Source: Eledone cirrhosa (taxonomy: Eukaryota). Taken from it: DNA of 64,000 nucleotides. This document shows positions 1 through 14,200 of this stretch, piece by piece; position 1 is the first letter of the stretch; each line of letters opens with the position of its first letter. The stretch is from NCBI GenBank assembly GCA_964016885.1, contig OZ024755.1, positions 17,980,001 to 18,044,000 of the forward strand, given 5' to 3'. Position numbers and translations under genes: made by a program. The notes beneath the pieces were generated by a model. The model worked only from the letters and a program-made list of their open reading frames with translations. It was not told the DNA's origin and did no database searches.

Positions 1-680
1 CCACGAGAAGTATACGGCCTTAAACTGCTTATTTCACCATCTAACTTGGCATTGACCAAGGTTTAGAGGATCGTACGAGATGTTTACGTGCTTCAATCGC
101 CCGCTCTGTGGAGACGGGTAGTTTAGCTGGCTGTAGAGGATCCTACGAGATGTTTACGCCCTCTAAGTAGGCACTGATTATGGTTTAAGTGATCGTACGA
201 GATGTTTACAGGCACTGATCATGGTTTAGCTGGCTGTAGAGGATGTTTACGCCCTCTAAGTAGGCACTGGTTATGGTTTAGCTGATCGTACGAGATGTTT
301 ACGCCCTCTAAACAGGCACTGATCATGGTTTAGCTGGCCGTAGAGGATCCCACGAGAAGTATACGGCCTTAAACTGCTTATTTCACCATCTAACTTGGCA
401 TTGACTAAGGTTTAGCTGGCCGTAGAGTATCGTACGAGATGTTTACGCCCTTAAAGTGCTTCACTCGCCCGCTCTGTGGAGACGGGTGGTTTAGCTGGCT
501 GTAGAGGATCCTACGAGATGTTTACGCCCTCTAAGTAGGCACTGATTATCGTTTAGCTGATCGTACGAGATGTTTACGCCCTCTAAACAGGCACTGATCA
601 TGGTTTAGCTGGCCGTAGAGGATCCCACGAGAAGTATACGTCCTTAAACTGCTTCAATCACCCTCTCACCTGGAATTGAC
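1..680. repeat. Complex modular tandem repeat (shuffled ~25-60 bp modules), continues beyond window start
   Basis: Recurring modules GGTTTAGCTGGCCGTAGAGGATC, GATCGTACGAGATGTTTACGCCCTCTAA, and CCACGAGAAGTATACGGCCTTAAACTGC (at 1, ~350, ~626). Confidence 0.85.
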
Positions 681-1376
681 CAACTATGGAGGAGGGTGGT
701 TTTGGTGTACCATGTAGGTATACTTCAATGGTTCTAACTGTTTACTATGAGTGGCAGATTGACAATTAACTGCACACACATGTAAAGTGGAACAGGCATA
801 AGCAATAACATTATCATATCTGGATTGCTTTGGAAACGTAAGATAATGTAGCATGATCAATCTATCACGTAACAATGAGCGCCTTTGAAATACAACACTA
901 CGTGGAGATGTTGCAGTAGCTAAACAAAACCATCGTTTCAATAATTATTGCTGACGTTTATGGAAGTAAATAAACATAAAACTGTTCAACATAAAATAAA
1001 ACTTTACTTTACCTCCTTATAAATAGTAAAATCCAAGTTTTTAACGTTTTTCATTCGGGTTGGAAAAAAAAAGAAATTGTTCCAGATGCCATTTTGTTTT
1101 TGCGAAACAGAATTAGGCCAATTACGCATGCGCAAAAAAGTAGACATCAGTACGCATGTGCAAAAAAGTAGATACCAGTGCGCATGCGCAAAGTATTTAA
1201 AGCCATTGCGACTTCACGATCGTGAGTTCAATTCTTTTAGATTGTATACTTCCCATTTTATATATAGTATATATATATTAATACGTACATATATATGTAT
1301 TTATACACATATATATAAATTATTTGTATATGAATAAATATGTATATATATTATATACATACATATTTATTATATA

Positions 1377-1815
1377 CTAGCTAAACTACCTGTCCTTTGA
1401 ACGGTTCATGTAGCTCATTAAAGTAAATTTGAATGCATAGAAGAAAAACGTACTTTATGTAAACATGAAAACCTTAGGCACTATTCCAGCGAAATGATAT
1501 TGTTATTATCTTTGTTTCAAGTAGTATAAATTGCTGGTTGTGAAGTTATTATCTTTGTTTCAAGTAGAAGGTTATAGATTGCTGGTTGTGAAATATACGA
1601 AATGATATTGTTATTATCTTTGTTCAAGTAGAAAGAGTAAATTAAAACCCGACTGACGCTAATTACGAAAGATAATTCTTGATTAGGAAACATAACTCTT
1701 GTGTTACTTAATCACGAAAATCCACACAATCTAATTACATCATTATTCACTAATCGGTGTGTTGTATATGTCACCTTGATTAATCAACATGTTTACCATA
1801 AGTATATATATATAG
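1377..1815 (-). mobile_element. Putative non-autonomous Helitron-like element
   Basis: Minus strand ends with a short hairpin (CCGTTC-AAA-GGACAG), then GTAGTTTAG-CTAG|T inside a TA tract; internal repeats TTATTATCTTTGTT(T)CAAGTAG x3; the 5' boundary is uncertain. Confidence 0.5.
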
Positions 1816-1964
1816 GCCCCCAATGGCCTATATACACTGCCCCTTTTCCTCTAACCAGCATCTATTACTTCCCTTTATTGATGCACCACATTAACTTTGT
1901 TTCTATTACTTCCCTTTATCCAAGTCCAACGTGAGAGGACATTTTCAAAGCTAAAGATCATAAT

Positions 1965-2360
1965 GACAAGGGGTCTTAAAGTCAACTTAACAAAAACTAA
2001 GGTCCAAGTAAGTAGAAGAGGAAACAGAACCCAGATCCCCTTGGGGAAATGGCCTTGTTCAGTGTGTAGGTATGAACTCTATTCACTGCCTCATATACAA
2101 ACTATGGTTAGACAAGAGATGTAGTGAGATCTCAGGAATGTAGGCTTTACATTTAACAGTTGCACCGGAACAGCAAATAACTATAGGAAACAAGTGCGAC
2201 CAAATTCTGGGAGGACTCTGTAGAAATAGTAGACAGCTTCTGCTACATAGGTGACTGAATTAGCAGCGGTGGTGGGTGTTCTGAAAGTACAGTAGCCAGA
2301 GCAAGAACGAGATGGAGGAAGTTCAGGGAGCTACTAACTTCGCTGGCTACAAAAGGCTGA
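1965..2360 (+). mobile_element. Decayed RTE-clade LINE fragment (post-RT region)
   Basis: GLKVNLTKTKV...GKWPCSVCR, and later FCYIGD..SGGGCSESTVARARTRWRKFREL, similar to the minus-strand copy at 3461-4030. Confidence 0.75.
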
Positions 2361-2621
2361 AATCATTGCCATGTTGTCAATTGTCCCTTAACCCTTTTGA
2401 TACCATATTCCTACCGAAATACACTGACGTTTTATTTTTTACCTTGTAGGTTTATTTAGAAGTGTTTTAGCTGCTAATTCAAGATAGCAAACAGGTCGTC
2501 TGGTTTAAGAGATTTGCCTGCTATTTCTAGCATAAGGTACCCATTTTGGTTGGACAACTGGTCAGGTACGTTTTCCAGGGATATAACTTGTTCAAATATT
2601 TTTAAGGTAATTCATATATAC

Positions 2622-3060
2622 ATATCATCATCATCGTTTAACGTCCATCTTCAACGCTAGCATGGGTTAGACGGGAGTTGTCCCACTTGAGGCAAGGTTA
2701 GTTGGGTGACCGTGTCTCGCTCATATAGGACTATCTGGCAGGTTTTCTACGGCTAGATGCCCTTCCTAACATCAACCACATATATATGTACATATCATCA
2801 TCATCGTTTAACGTCCATCTTCCACGCTTGCATGGGTTTGGACGCGAAATTTCCCACTTGAGGCAAGAATTGGTTGACTTGCTCGTAGAGGACTGTCTGG
2901 TGGGTTTTCTACGGCTGGATGCCCTTCCTAACACCAACCACATTTATAGTGTGGACTGGGAGGTTTTTACCGTGTTACCTACACGGCCACATTACAGCGT
3001 GGACTGTGTGTTTTTTTTTGTCGTGATACCTACACGACCTCATTTGTTTTGACCTGGATG
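2622..3060 (-). mobile_element. Two tandem SINE/RTE 3'-tail fragments with (GAT)n tails
   Basis: (CAT)n-CGTTTAACGTCCATCTT...CTACGGCT(A/G)GATGCCCTTCCTAACA at 2622 and 2795; related copy at 39130-39305 (+). Confidence 0.7.
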
Positions 3061-3259
3061 TTGTGGTACCAACATAACTTTACATCGAAAGGGGTGGGGG
3101 TAGTGGGACGGGGGTGTATTTTTGTTAGAGGTGCCTACTGACTGTAGGTTTCGCTTTGTACTTAGGCAAGGCGGGTCTTCTGTATTACTGTGTAGCGCCA
3201 AAGATCTCGGTCCAGTGACATTGTCTTGGGGAGGTGTAAGTGTGTGAGGTCGGAATTGA

Positions 3260-5010
3260 TCAAGTCGTCCCAGGTTTTTCTGGGTCTGCCTACTCAGTAG
3301 CTACCGCCTATTTTTTTATATCGCCCTGCACTTTTTTATACAGCTGTCGTCTTTCATGCGCATCACGTGACCGTACCAACGTAGTCTTCTCTCGAGTAAA
3401 CAACATCTGATTCCTAATTTCTCCCTTTGTTCGTTTATGCTTTATCACGTATATTATTGTTTATGCTTTATCACGTATATTATTATTACACATCCAGCGG
3501 AGCATGCAAACTTCGTTCCTCTCCAGTTTGCGTATATCCTCTGCACACAATGCCCAAGTCTCACTGCCATGTAACATTGCTGTTCGTATGCAGGCATCAT
3601 ACAGCCTGCCTTTCATTTTTAGAGAGAACCCTTTAGCGGCCAATAGTGGTATAAGCTCTCTGAACTTTTTCCATCCAGTTCTGACTCTAACTATTGTACT
3701 TTCAGAGCACCCTCCACCACTGCTGATTTTGTCACCCAATTAATGGAAGGTGTCCACTATTTCTATAGAACCATCTGGGCAATGGAATGAGCTAGTATTC
3801 TGTGGGCACTTGCTGCTACTTATTGCACCAGAGCACCGGCCACATATAAAATCTATGTTCTTAGTTAGCTTACCTGTGATCCCACTACATCTTTTATGCA
3901 CCCATACTTTGCACTTTGGACATAGAATGGAGTTTCTGCCTACACACTGAGCATGGCCATTTCCCAGATGGGAGCGGTGCCCTATTTTCCTTCCTACAAA
4001 CTAGAACTTTAGTCTTAGACAGGTTAATTTTAAGGCCCTTTTGATTCTAGGCCATGCTTCCATGTTTGGTATTTCTTCTCTAGTTCAGCTATTGATTCAG
4101 CTATGAGCGTTAGATCATCTGCATATAGGAGTTCCCATGGGCAGCCGGTCTTGAACTCCTCTGTTATAGCCTGAAGAGCAATAATAAATAGTAGGGGGCT
4201 AAGAACGGAGCCCTGATGAACACCAACTTTTACGCTAAACTCTTCACTATATTCGTTGTTAATTCTAACCTTGCTGACTGTTTCTTTATACATGGCTTGT
4301 ATAGCTCTCACAAGCCATTCATTAACACCTAGTTTTCTAAGAGCCCACCAGATAATGGAGCGGGGGTCTCTGTCAAAGGCTTTCTCCAAGTCAACAAAAG
4401 CTAAGTATAGGGGTTTACTTTTAGCTAGGTACTTCTCCTGTAGTTGTCGTACAATGAAAAGAGCGTCTGTGGTACTTTTACCTGACACAAACCCAAACTG
4501 CATTTCATCTAGATCAATTCGCTCTCTGATTAATTGCGCTATTACTTTTTCTGTGACCTTCATGACCTGGTCGATTAATTTAATGCCTCTATAGTTACTC
4601 CTATCTAGGGCATCTCCTTTACCCTTGTAGCAGTTAATGATGATGCTGCTACGCCAGTCCTTCGGAACGAGCCCATTCTGTATGACTTGGTTTACTATCC
4701 GGGTGACCATAGTGTGTCCCACCGTTCCAGATGCTTTCAGCAACTATTTCCGAAGGCCTAGCCGCTTTACCCGTCTTCATATCTTTGATTGCCTTACTTA
4801 TTATACTACCTTCAACTTGCACTGCTGGTCCCTCTATTGGATCGATGTGGGGGAGACTGTCTTTCTCCCATTTATTCTCCTCATTTAGTAGCCTTTCGTA
4901 GTGAGACTTCCAAGCTACCTTCTTACCAGCGTCAGTGATGGCAAGTACACCATCATCATTCAAGACACACTTCTCCCCGTCAATATCATGGTTTTCCTTA
5001 TATATATATA
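3260..5010 (-). mobile_element. RTE-clade LINE reverse transcriptase, frameshifted and decayed
   Basis: ORF 4030-4743 has YKGKGD, NYRGIKL, QFGF, FVDLEKAFD, GVHQGSVLSP and LLYADD; flanking broken ORFs continue the RTE protein (LHGSETW, MLRWMC). Confidence 0.92.
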
Positions 5011-5019
5011 TATATCTAT

Positions 5020-5182
5020 ATACATGGCATATGTTGATCTGGAGAAAGCTTTCGATAGAGTACCTTGTGACAAACTGGTGGGCTCTTAGAAAACTAATAG
5101 ATGAGTGGCTTGTGAAGGCTGTACAAGCCATGTATAGAGGAGCTGTCAGGATTAACAATGACAATAGCCATGAATTTAGCGC
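5020..5182 (+). mobile_element. Second RTE RT fragment in the opposite orientation
   Basis: YMAYVDLEKAFDRVP / WWALRKLIDEWLVKAVQAMY across a frameshift. Confidence 0.8.
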
Positions 5183-5250
5183 AGTGACTTTTTTTATTTC
5201 TTACTTTGTAGGCTTATTTAGAATTTTTTTCGTAACCGTAATACAATTTT

Positions 5251-8200
5251 CTGTTAGTTGACCTATACTAAATGGCTTCACTGGTAGTTGACCTATACTA
5301 AATGGCTTCACTGTTACTTGACCTATACTAAATGGCTTCACTGGTAGTTGACCTATACTAAATGGCTTTACTGTTACTTGACCTATACTAAATGGCTTCA
5401 CTGTTACTTGACCTATACTAAATGGCTTCACTGTTACTTGACCTATACTAAATGGCTTTACTGGTAGTTGACTTATACTAAATGGCTTCACTGTTAGTTG
5501 ACCTATACTAAATGGCTTCACTGGTAGTTGACCTATACTAAATGGCTTCACTGGTAGTTGACCTATACTAAATGGCTTCACTGGTAGTTGACCTATACTA
5601 AATGGCTTCACTGGTAGTTGACCTATACTAAATGGCTTCACTGTTAGTTGACCTATACTAAATGGCTTCACTGGTAGTTGACCTATACTAAATGGCTTCA
5701 CTGTTAGTTGACCTATACTAAATGGCTTCACTGTTAGTTGACCTATACTAAATGGCTTCACTGGTAGTTGACCTATACTAAATGGCTTCACTGTTAGTTG
5801 ACCTATACTAAATGGCTTCACTGTTAGTTGACCTATACTAAATGGCTTCACTGGTAGTTGACTTATACTAAATGGCTTCACTGTTAGTTGACCTATACTA
5901 AATGGCTTCACTGGTAGTTGACTTATACTAAATGGCTTCACTGTTAGTTGACCTATACTAAATGGCTTCACTGGTAGTTGACCTATACTAAATGGCTTCA
6001 CTGGTAGTTGACCTATACTAAATGGCTTCACTGTTAGTTGACCTATACTAAATGGCTTCACTGGTAGTTGACCTATACTAAATGGCTTCACTGGTAGTTG
6101 ACCTATACTAAATGGCTTCACTGGTAGTTGACCTATACTAAATGGCTTCACTGGTAGTTGACTTATACTAAATGGCTTCACTGTTAGTTGACCTATACTA
6201 AATGGCTTCACTGGTAGTTGACCTATACTAAATGGCTTCACTGTTAGTTGACCTATACTAAATGGCTTCACTGTTAGTTGACCTATACTAAATGGCTTCA
6301 CTGGTAGTTGACCTATACTAAATGGCTTCACTGTTAGTTGACCTATACTAAATGGCTTCACTGGTAGTTGACCTATACTAAATGGCTTCACTGGTAGTTG
6401 ACTTATACTAAATGGCTTCACTGTTAGTTGACCTATACTAAATGGCTTCACTGGTAGTTGACCTATACTAAATGGCTTCACTGTTAGTTGACCTATACTA
6501 AATGGCTTCACTGTTAGTTGACCTATACTAAATGGCTTCACTGTTAGTTGACCTATACTAAATGGCTTCACTGGTAGTTGACTTATACTAAATGGCTTCA
6601 CTGTTAGTTGACCTATACTAAATGGCTTCACTGTTAGTTGACCTATACTAAATGGCTTCACTGTTAGTTGACCTATACTAAATGGTTTTACTGGTAGTTG
6701 ACTTATACTAAATGGCTTCACTGTTAGTTGACCTATACTAAATGGCTTCACTGTTAGTTGACGTATACTAAATGGCTTCACTGGTAGTTGACCTATACTA
6801 AATGGCTTCACTGGTAGTTGACCTATACTAAATGGCTTCACTGTTAGTTGACCTATACTAAATGGCTTCACTGGTAGTTGACCTATACTAAATGGCTTCA
6901 CTGGTAGTTGACCTATACTAAATGGCTTCACTGGTAGTTGACCTATACTAAATGGCTTCACTGTTAGTTGACCTATACTAAATGGCTTGACTGGTAGTTG
7001 ACCTATACTAAATGGCTTCACTGGTAGTTGACTTATACTAAATGGCTTCACTGGTAACTGACCTATACTAAATGGCTTCACTGGTAGTTTACTTATACTA
7101 AATGGCTTCACTGTTAGTTGACCTATACTAAATGGCTTCACTGTTAGTTGACCTATACTAAATGGCTTCACTAGTAGTTGACCTATACTAAATGGCTTCA
7201 CTGTTAGTTGACCTATACTAAATGGCTTCACTGTTAGTTGACCTATACTAAATGGCTTCACTGGTAGTTGACCTATACTAAATGGCTTCACTGGTAGTTG
7301 ACCTATACTAAATGGCTTCACTGGTAGTTGACCTATACTAAATGGCTTCATTGGTAGTCGACCTATACTAAATGGCTTCACTGGTAGTTGACCTATACTA
7401 AATGGCTTCACTGGTAGTTGACCTATACTAAATGGCTTCACTGTTACTTGACCTATACTAAATGGCTTCACTGGTAGTTGACCTATACTAAATGGCTTTA
7501 CTGTTACTTGACCTATACTAAATGGCTTTACTGTTACTTGACCTATACTAAATGGCTTCACTGTTACTTGACCTATACTAAATGGCTTCACTGTTACTTG
7601 ACCTATACTAAATGGCTTCACTGTTACTTGACCTATACTAAATGGCTTTACTGGTAGTTGACTTATACTAAATGGCTTCACTGTTAGTTGACTTATACTA
7701 AATGGCTTCACTGTTAGTTGACCTATACTAAATGGCTTCACTGGTAGTTGACCTATACTAAATGGCTTCACTGGTAGTTGACCTATACTAAATGGCTTCA
7801 CTGGTAGTTGACCTATACTAAATGGCTTCACTGGTAGTTGACCTATACTAAATGGCTTCACTGGTAGTTGACCTATACTAAATGGCTTCACTGGTAGTTG
7901 ACCTATACTAAATGGCTTCACTGGTAGTTGACTTATACTAAATGGCTTCACTGGTAGTTGACGTATACTAAATGGCTTCACTGTTACTTGATCTATACTA
8001 AATGGCTTCACTCGTAGTTGACCTATACTAAATGGCTTCACTGGTAGTTGACCTATACTAAATGGCTTCACTGTTACTTGACCTATACTAAATGGCTTCA
8101 CTGTTACTTGACCTATACTAAATGGCTTCACTGGTAGTTGACCTATACTAAATGGCTTTACTGTTACTTGACCTATACTAAATGGCTTCACTGTTACTTG

Positions 8201-11200
8201 ACCTATACTAAATGGCTTCACTGTTACTTGACCTATACTAAATGGCTTTACTGGTAGTTGACTTATACTAAATGGCTTCACTGTTAGTTGACCTACACTA
8301 AATGGCTTCACTGTTAGTTGACCTATACTAAATGGCTTCACTGGTAGTTGACCTATACTAAATGGCTTCACTTGTAGTTGACCTATACTAAATGGCTTCA
8401 CTGTTACTTGACCTATACTAAATGGCTTCACTGTTACTTGACCTATACTAAATGGCTTCACTGGTAGTTGACCTATACTAAATGGCTTTACTGTTACTTG
8501 ACCTATACTAAATGGCTTCACTGTTACTTGACCTATACTAAATGGCTTCACTGTTAGTTGACCTATACTAAATGGCTTCACTAGTAGTTGACCTATACTA
8601 AATGGCTTCACTGTTAGTTGACCTATACTAAATGGCTTCACTGGTAGTTGACCTATACTAAATGGCTTCACTGGTAGTTGACCTATACTAAATGGCTTCA
8701 CTGGTAGTTGACCTATACTAAATGGCTTCACTGGTAGTTGACCTATACAAAATGGCTTCACTGGTAGTTGACCTATACGAAATGGCTTCACTGGTAGTTG
8801 ACTTATACTAAATGGCTTCACTGGTAGTTGACCTATACTAAATGGCTTCACTGGTAGTTGACCTATACTAAATGGCTTCACTGGTAATTGACCTATACTA
8901 AATGGCTTCACTGGTAGTTGACCTATACTAAATGGCTTCACTGGTAGTTGACCTATACTAAATGGCTTCACTGGTAGTTGACCTATACTAAATGGCTTCA
9001 CTGGTAGTTGACCTATACTAAATGGCTTCACTGTTACTTGACCTATACTAAATGGCTTTACTGTTACTTGACCTATACTAAATGGCTTTACTGTTACTTG
9101 ACCTATACTAAATGGCTTCACTGGTAGTTGACCTATACTAAATGGCTTCACTGGTAGTTGACCTATACTAAATGGCTTCACTGTTAGTTGACCTATACTA
9201 AATGGCTTCACTGGTAGTTGACCTATACTAAATGGCTTCACTGTTAGTTGACCTATACTAAATGGCTTCACTGGTAGTTGACCTATACTAAATGGCTTCA
9301 CTGTTAGTTGACCTATACTAAATGGCTTCACTGTTAGTTGACCTCTACTAAATGGCTTCACTGGTAGTTGACCTATACTAAATGGCTTCACTGGTAGTTG
9401 ACCTATACTAAATGGCTTCACTGGTAGTTGACCTATACTAAATGGTTTCACTGGTAGTTGACCTATACTAAATGGCTTCACTGGTAGTTGACCTATACTA
9501 AATGGCTTCACTGGTAGTTGACTTATACTAAATGGCTTCACTGGTAGTTGACCTATACTAAATGGCTTCACTGTTAGTTGACCTATACTAAATGGCTTCA
9601 CTGTTAGTTGACCTATACTAAATGGCTTCACTGGTAGTTGACCTATACTAAATGGCTTCACTGGTAGTTGACCTATACTAAATGGTTTCACTGGTAGTTG
9701 ACCTATACTAAATGGCTTCACTGGTAGTTGACCTATACTAAATGGCTTCACTGGTAGTTGACTTATACTAAATGGCTTCACTGTTAGTTGACCTATACTA
9801 AATGGCTTCACTGTTAGTTGACCTATACTAAATGGCTTCACTGGTAGTTGACCTATACTAAATGGCTTCACTGGTAGTTGACCTATACTAAATGGCTTCA
9901 CTGGTAGTTGACTTATACTAAATGGCTTCACTGGTAGTTGACCTATACTAAATGGTTTCACTGGTAGTTGACCTATACTAAATGGCTTCACTGTTAGTTG
10001 ACCTATACTAAATGGCTTCACTGGTAGTTGACTTATACTAAATGGCTTCACTGTTAGTTGACCTATACTAAATGGCTTCACTGTTAGTTGACCTATACTA
10101 AATGGCTTCACTGTTAGTTGACCTATACTAAATGGCTTCACTGTTAGTTGACCTATACTAAATGGCTTCACTGTTAGTTGACCTATACTAAATGGTTTCA
10201 CTGGTAGTTGACTTATACTAAATGGCTTCACTGTTAGTTGACCTATACTAAATGGCTTCACTGTTAGTTGACGTATACTAAATGTCTTCACTGGTAGTTG
10301 ACCTATACTAAATGGCTTCACTGGTAGTTGACCTATACTAAATGGCTTCACTGTTAGTTGACCTATACTAAATGGCTTCACTGGTAGTTGACCTATACTA
10401 AATGGCTTCACTGGTAGTTGACTTATACTAAATGGCTTCACTGGTAATTGACCTATACTAAATGGCTTCACTGGTAGTTGACTTATACTAAATGGCTTCA
10501 CTGTTAGTTGACCTATACTAAATGGCTTCACTGTTAGTTGACCTATACTAAATGGCTTCACTAGTAGTTGACCTATACTAAATGGCTTCACTGTTAGTTG
10601 ACCTATACTAAATGGCTTCACTGTTAGTTGACCTATACTAAATGGCTTCACTGGTAGTTGACCTATACTAAATGGCTTCACTGGTAGTTGACCTATACTA
10701 AATGGCTTCACTGTTAGTTGACCTATACTAAATGGCTTCACTGGTAGTTGACCTATACTAAATGGCTTCACTGGTAGTTGACCTATACTAAATGGCTTCA
10801 CTGGTAGTTGACTTATACTAAATGGCTTCACTGGTAGTTGACCTATACTAAATGGCTTCACTGTTAGTTGACCTATACTAAATGGCTTCACTGTTAGTTG
10901 ACCTATACTAAATGGCTTCACTGGTAGTTGACCTATACTAAATGGCTTCACTGGTAGTTGACCTATACTAAATGGTTTCACTGGTAGTTGACCTATACTA
11001 AATGGCTTCACTGGTAGTTGACCTATACTAAATGGCTTCACTGGTAGTTGACTTATACTAAATGGCTTCACTGTTAGTTGACCTATACTAAATGGCTTCA
11101 CTGTTAGTTGACCTATACTAAATGGCTTCACTGGTAGTTGACCTATACTAAATGGCTTCACTGGTAGTTGACCTATACTAAATGGCTTCACTGGTAGTTG

Positions 11201-14200
11201 ACTTATACTAAATGGCTTCACTGGTAGTTGACCTATACTAAATGGTTTCACTGGTAGTTGACCTATACTAAATGGCTTCACTGTTAGTTGACCTATACTA
11301 AATGGCTTCACTGGTAGTTGACTTATACTAAATGGCTTCACTGTTAGTTGACCTATACTAAATGGCTTCACTGTTAGTTGACCTATACTAAATGGCTTCA
11401 CTGTTAGTTGACCTATACTAAATGGCTTCACTGTTAGTTGACCTATACTAAATGGCTTCACTGTTAGTTGACCTATACTAAATGGTTTCACTGGTAGTTG
11501 ACTTATACTAAATGGCTTCACTGTTAGTTGACCTATACTAAATGGCTTCACTGTTAGTTGACGTATACTAAATGTCTTCACTGGTAGTTGACCTATACTA
11601 AATGGCTTCACTGGTAGTTGACCTATACTAAATGGCTTCACTGTTAGTTGACCTATACTAAATGGCTTCACTGGTAGTTGACCTATACTAAATGGCTTCA
11701 CTGGTAGTTGACTTATACTAAATGGCTTCACTGGTAATTGACCTATACTAAATGGCTTCACTGGTAGTTGACTTATACTAAATGGCTTCACTGTTAGTTG
11801 ACCTATACTAAATGGCTTCACTGTTAGTTGACCTATACTAAATGGCTTCACTAGTAGTTGACCTATACTAAATGGCTTCACTGTTAGTTGACCTATACTA
11901 AATGGCTTCACTGTTAGTTGACCTATACTAAATGGCTTCACTGGTAGTTGACCTATACTAAATGGCTTCACTGGTAGTTGACCTATACTAAATGGCTTCA
12001 CTGGTAGTTGACCTATACTAAATGGCTTCACTGGTAGTTGACCTATACTAAATGGCTTCACTGGTAGTTGACCTATACTAAATGGCTTCACTGGTAGTTG
12101 ACCTATACTAAATGGCTTCACTGTTACTTGACCTATACTAAATGGCTTCACTGGTAGTTGACCTATACTAAATGGCTTTACTGTTACTTGACCTATACTA
12201 AATGGCTTTACTGTTACTTGACCTATACTAAATGGCTTTACTGTTACTTGACCTATACTAAATGGCTTCACTGTTACTTGACCTATACTAAATGGCTTCA
12301 CTGTTACTTGACCTATACTAAATGGCTTCACTGTTACTTGACCTATACTAAATGGCTTTACTGGTAGTTGACTTATACTAAATGGCTTCACTGTTAGTTG
12401 ACGTATACTAAATGGCTTCACTGTTACTTGACCTATACTAAATGGCGTCACTGGTAGTTGACCTATACTAAATGGCTTCACTGGTAGTTGACCTATACTA
12501 AATGGCTTCACTGTTACTTGACCTATACTAAATGGCTTCACTGTTACTTGACCTATATTAATGGCTTCACTGGTAGTTGACCTATACTAAATGGCTTTAC
12601 TGTTACTTGACCTATACTAAATGGCTTCACTGTTACTTGACCTATACTAAATGGCTTTACTGGTAGTTGACTTATACTAAATGGCTTCACTGTTAGTTGA
12701 CCTATACTAAATGGCTTCACTGGTAGTTGACTTATACTAAATGGCTTCACTGGTAGTTGACCTATACTAAATGGCTTCACTGTTAGTTGACCTATACTAA
12801 ATGGCTTCACTGTTAGTTGACCTATACTAAATGGCTTCACTGGTAGTTGACTTATACTAAATGGCTTCACTGTTAGTTGACCTATACTAAATGGCTTCAC
12901 TGTTAGTTGACCTATACTAAATGGCTTCACTGTTAGTTGACCTATACTAAATGGCTTCACTGTTAGTTGACCTATACTAAATGGCTTCACTGTTAGTTGA
13001 CCTATACTAAATGGTTTCACTGGTAGTTGACTTATACTAAATGGCTTCACTGTTAGTTGACCTATACTAAATGGCTTCACTGTTAGTTGACGTATACTAA
13101 ATGTCTTCACTGGTAGTTGACCTATACTAAATGGCTTCACTGGTAGTTGACCTATACTAAATGGCTTCACTGTTAGTTGACCTATACTAAATGGCTTCAC
13201 TGGTAGTTGACCTATACTAAATGGCTTCACTGGTAGTTGACCTATACTAAATGGCTTCACTGGTAGTTGACCTATACTAAATGGCTTCACTGGTAGTTGA
13301 CCTATACTAAATGGCTTCACTGTTAGTTGACCTATACTAAATGGCTTCACTGGTAGTTGACCTATACTAAATGGCTTCACTGGTAGTTGACTTATACTAA
13401 ATGGCTTCACTGGTAATTGACCTATACTAAATGGCTTCACTGGTAGTTGACTTATACTAAATGGCTTCACTGTTAGTTGACCTATACTAAATGGCTTCAC
13501 TGTTAGTTGACCTATACTAAATGGCTTCACTAGTAGTTGACCTATACTAAATGGCTTCACTGTTAGTTGACCTATACTAAATGGCTTCACTGTTAGTTGA
13601 CCTATACTAAATGGCTTCACTGGTAGTTGACCTATACTAAATGGCTTCACTGGTAGTTGACCTATACTAAATGGCTTCACTGTTACTTGACCTATACTAA
13701 ATGGCTTCACTGGTAGTTGACCTATACTAAATGGCTTTACTGTTACTTGACCTATACTAAATGGCTTTACTGTTACTTGACCTATACTAAATGGCTTTAC
13801 TGTTACTTGACCTATACTAAATGGCTTCACTGTTACTTGACCTATACTAAATGGCTTCACTGTTACTTGACCTATACTAAATGGCTTTACTGGTAGTTGA
13901 CTTATACTAAATGGCTTCACTGTTAGTTGACTTATACTAAATGGCTTCACTGTTAGTTGACCTATACTAAATGGCTTCACTGGTAGTTGACCTATACTAA
14001 ATGGCTTCACTGGTAGTTGACCTATACTAAATGGCTTCACTGGTAGTTGACCTATACTAAATGGCTTCACTGGTAGTTGACCTATACTAAATGGCTTCAC
14101 TGGTAGTTGACCTATACTAAATGGCTTCACTGGTAGTTGACCTATACTAAATGGCTTCACTGGTAGTTGACTTATACTAAATGGCTTCACTGGTAGTTGA

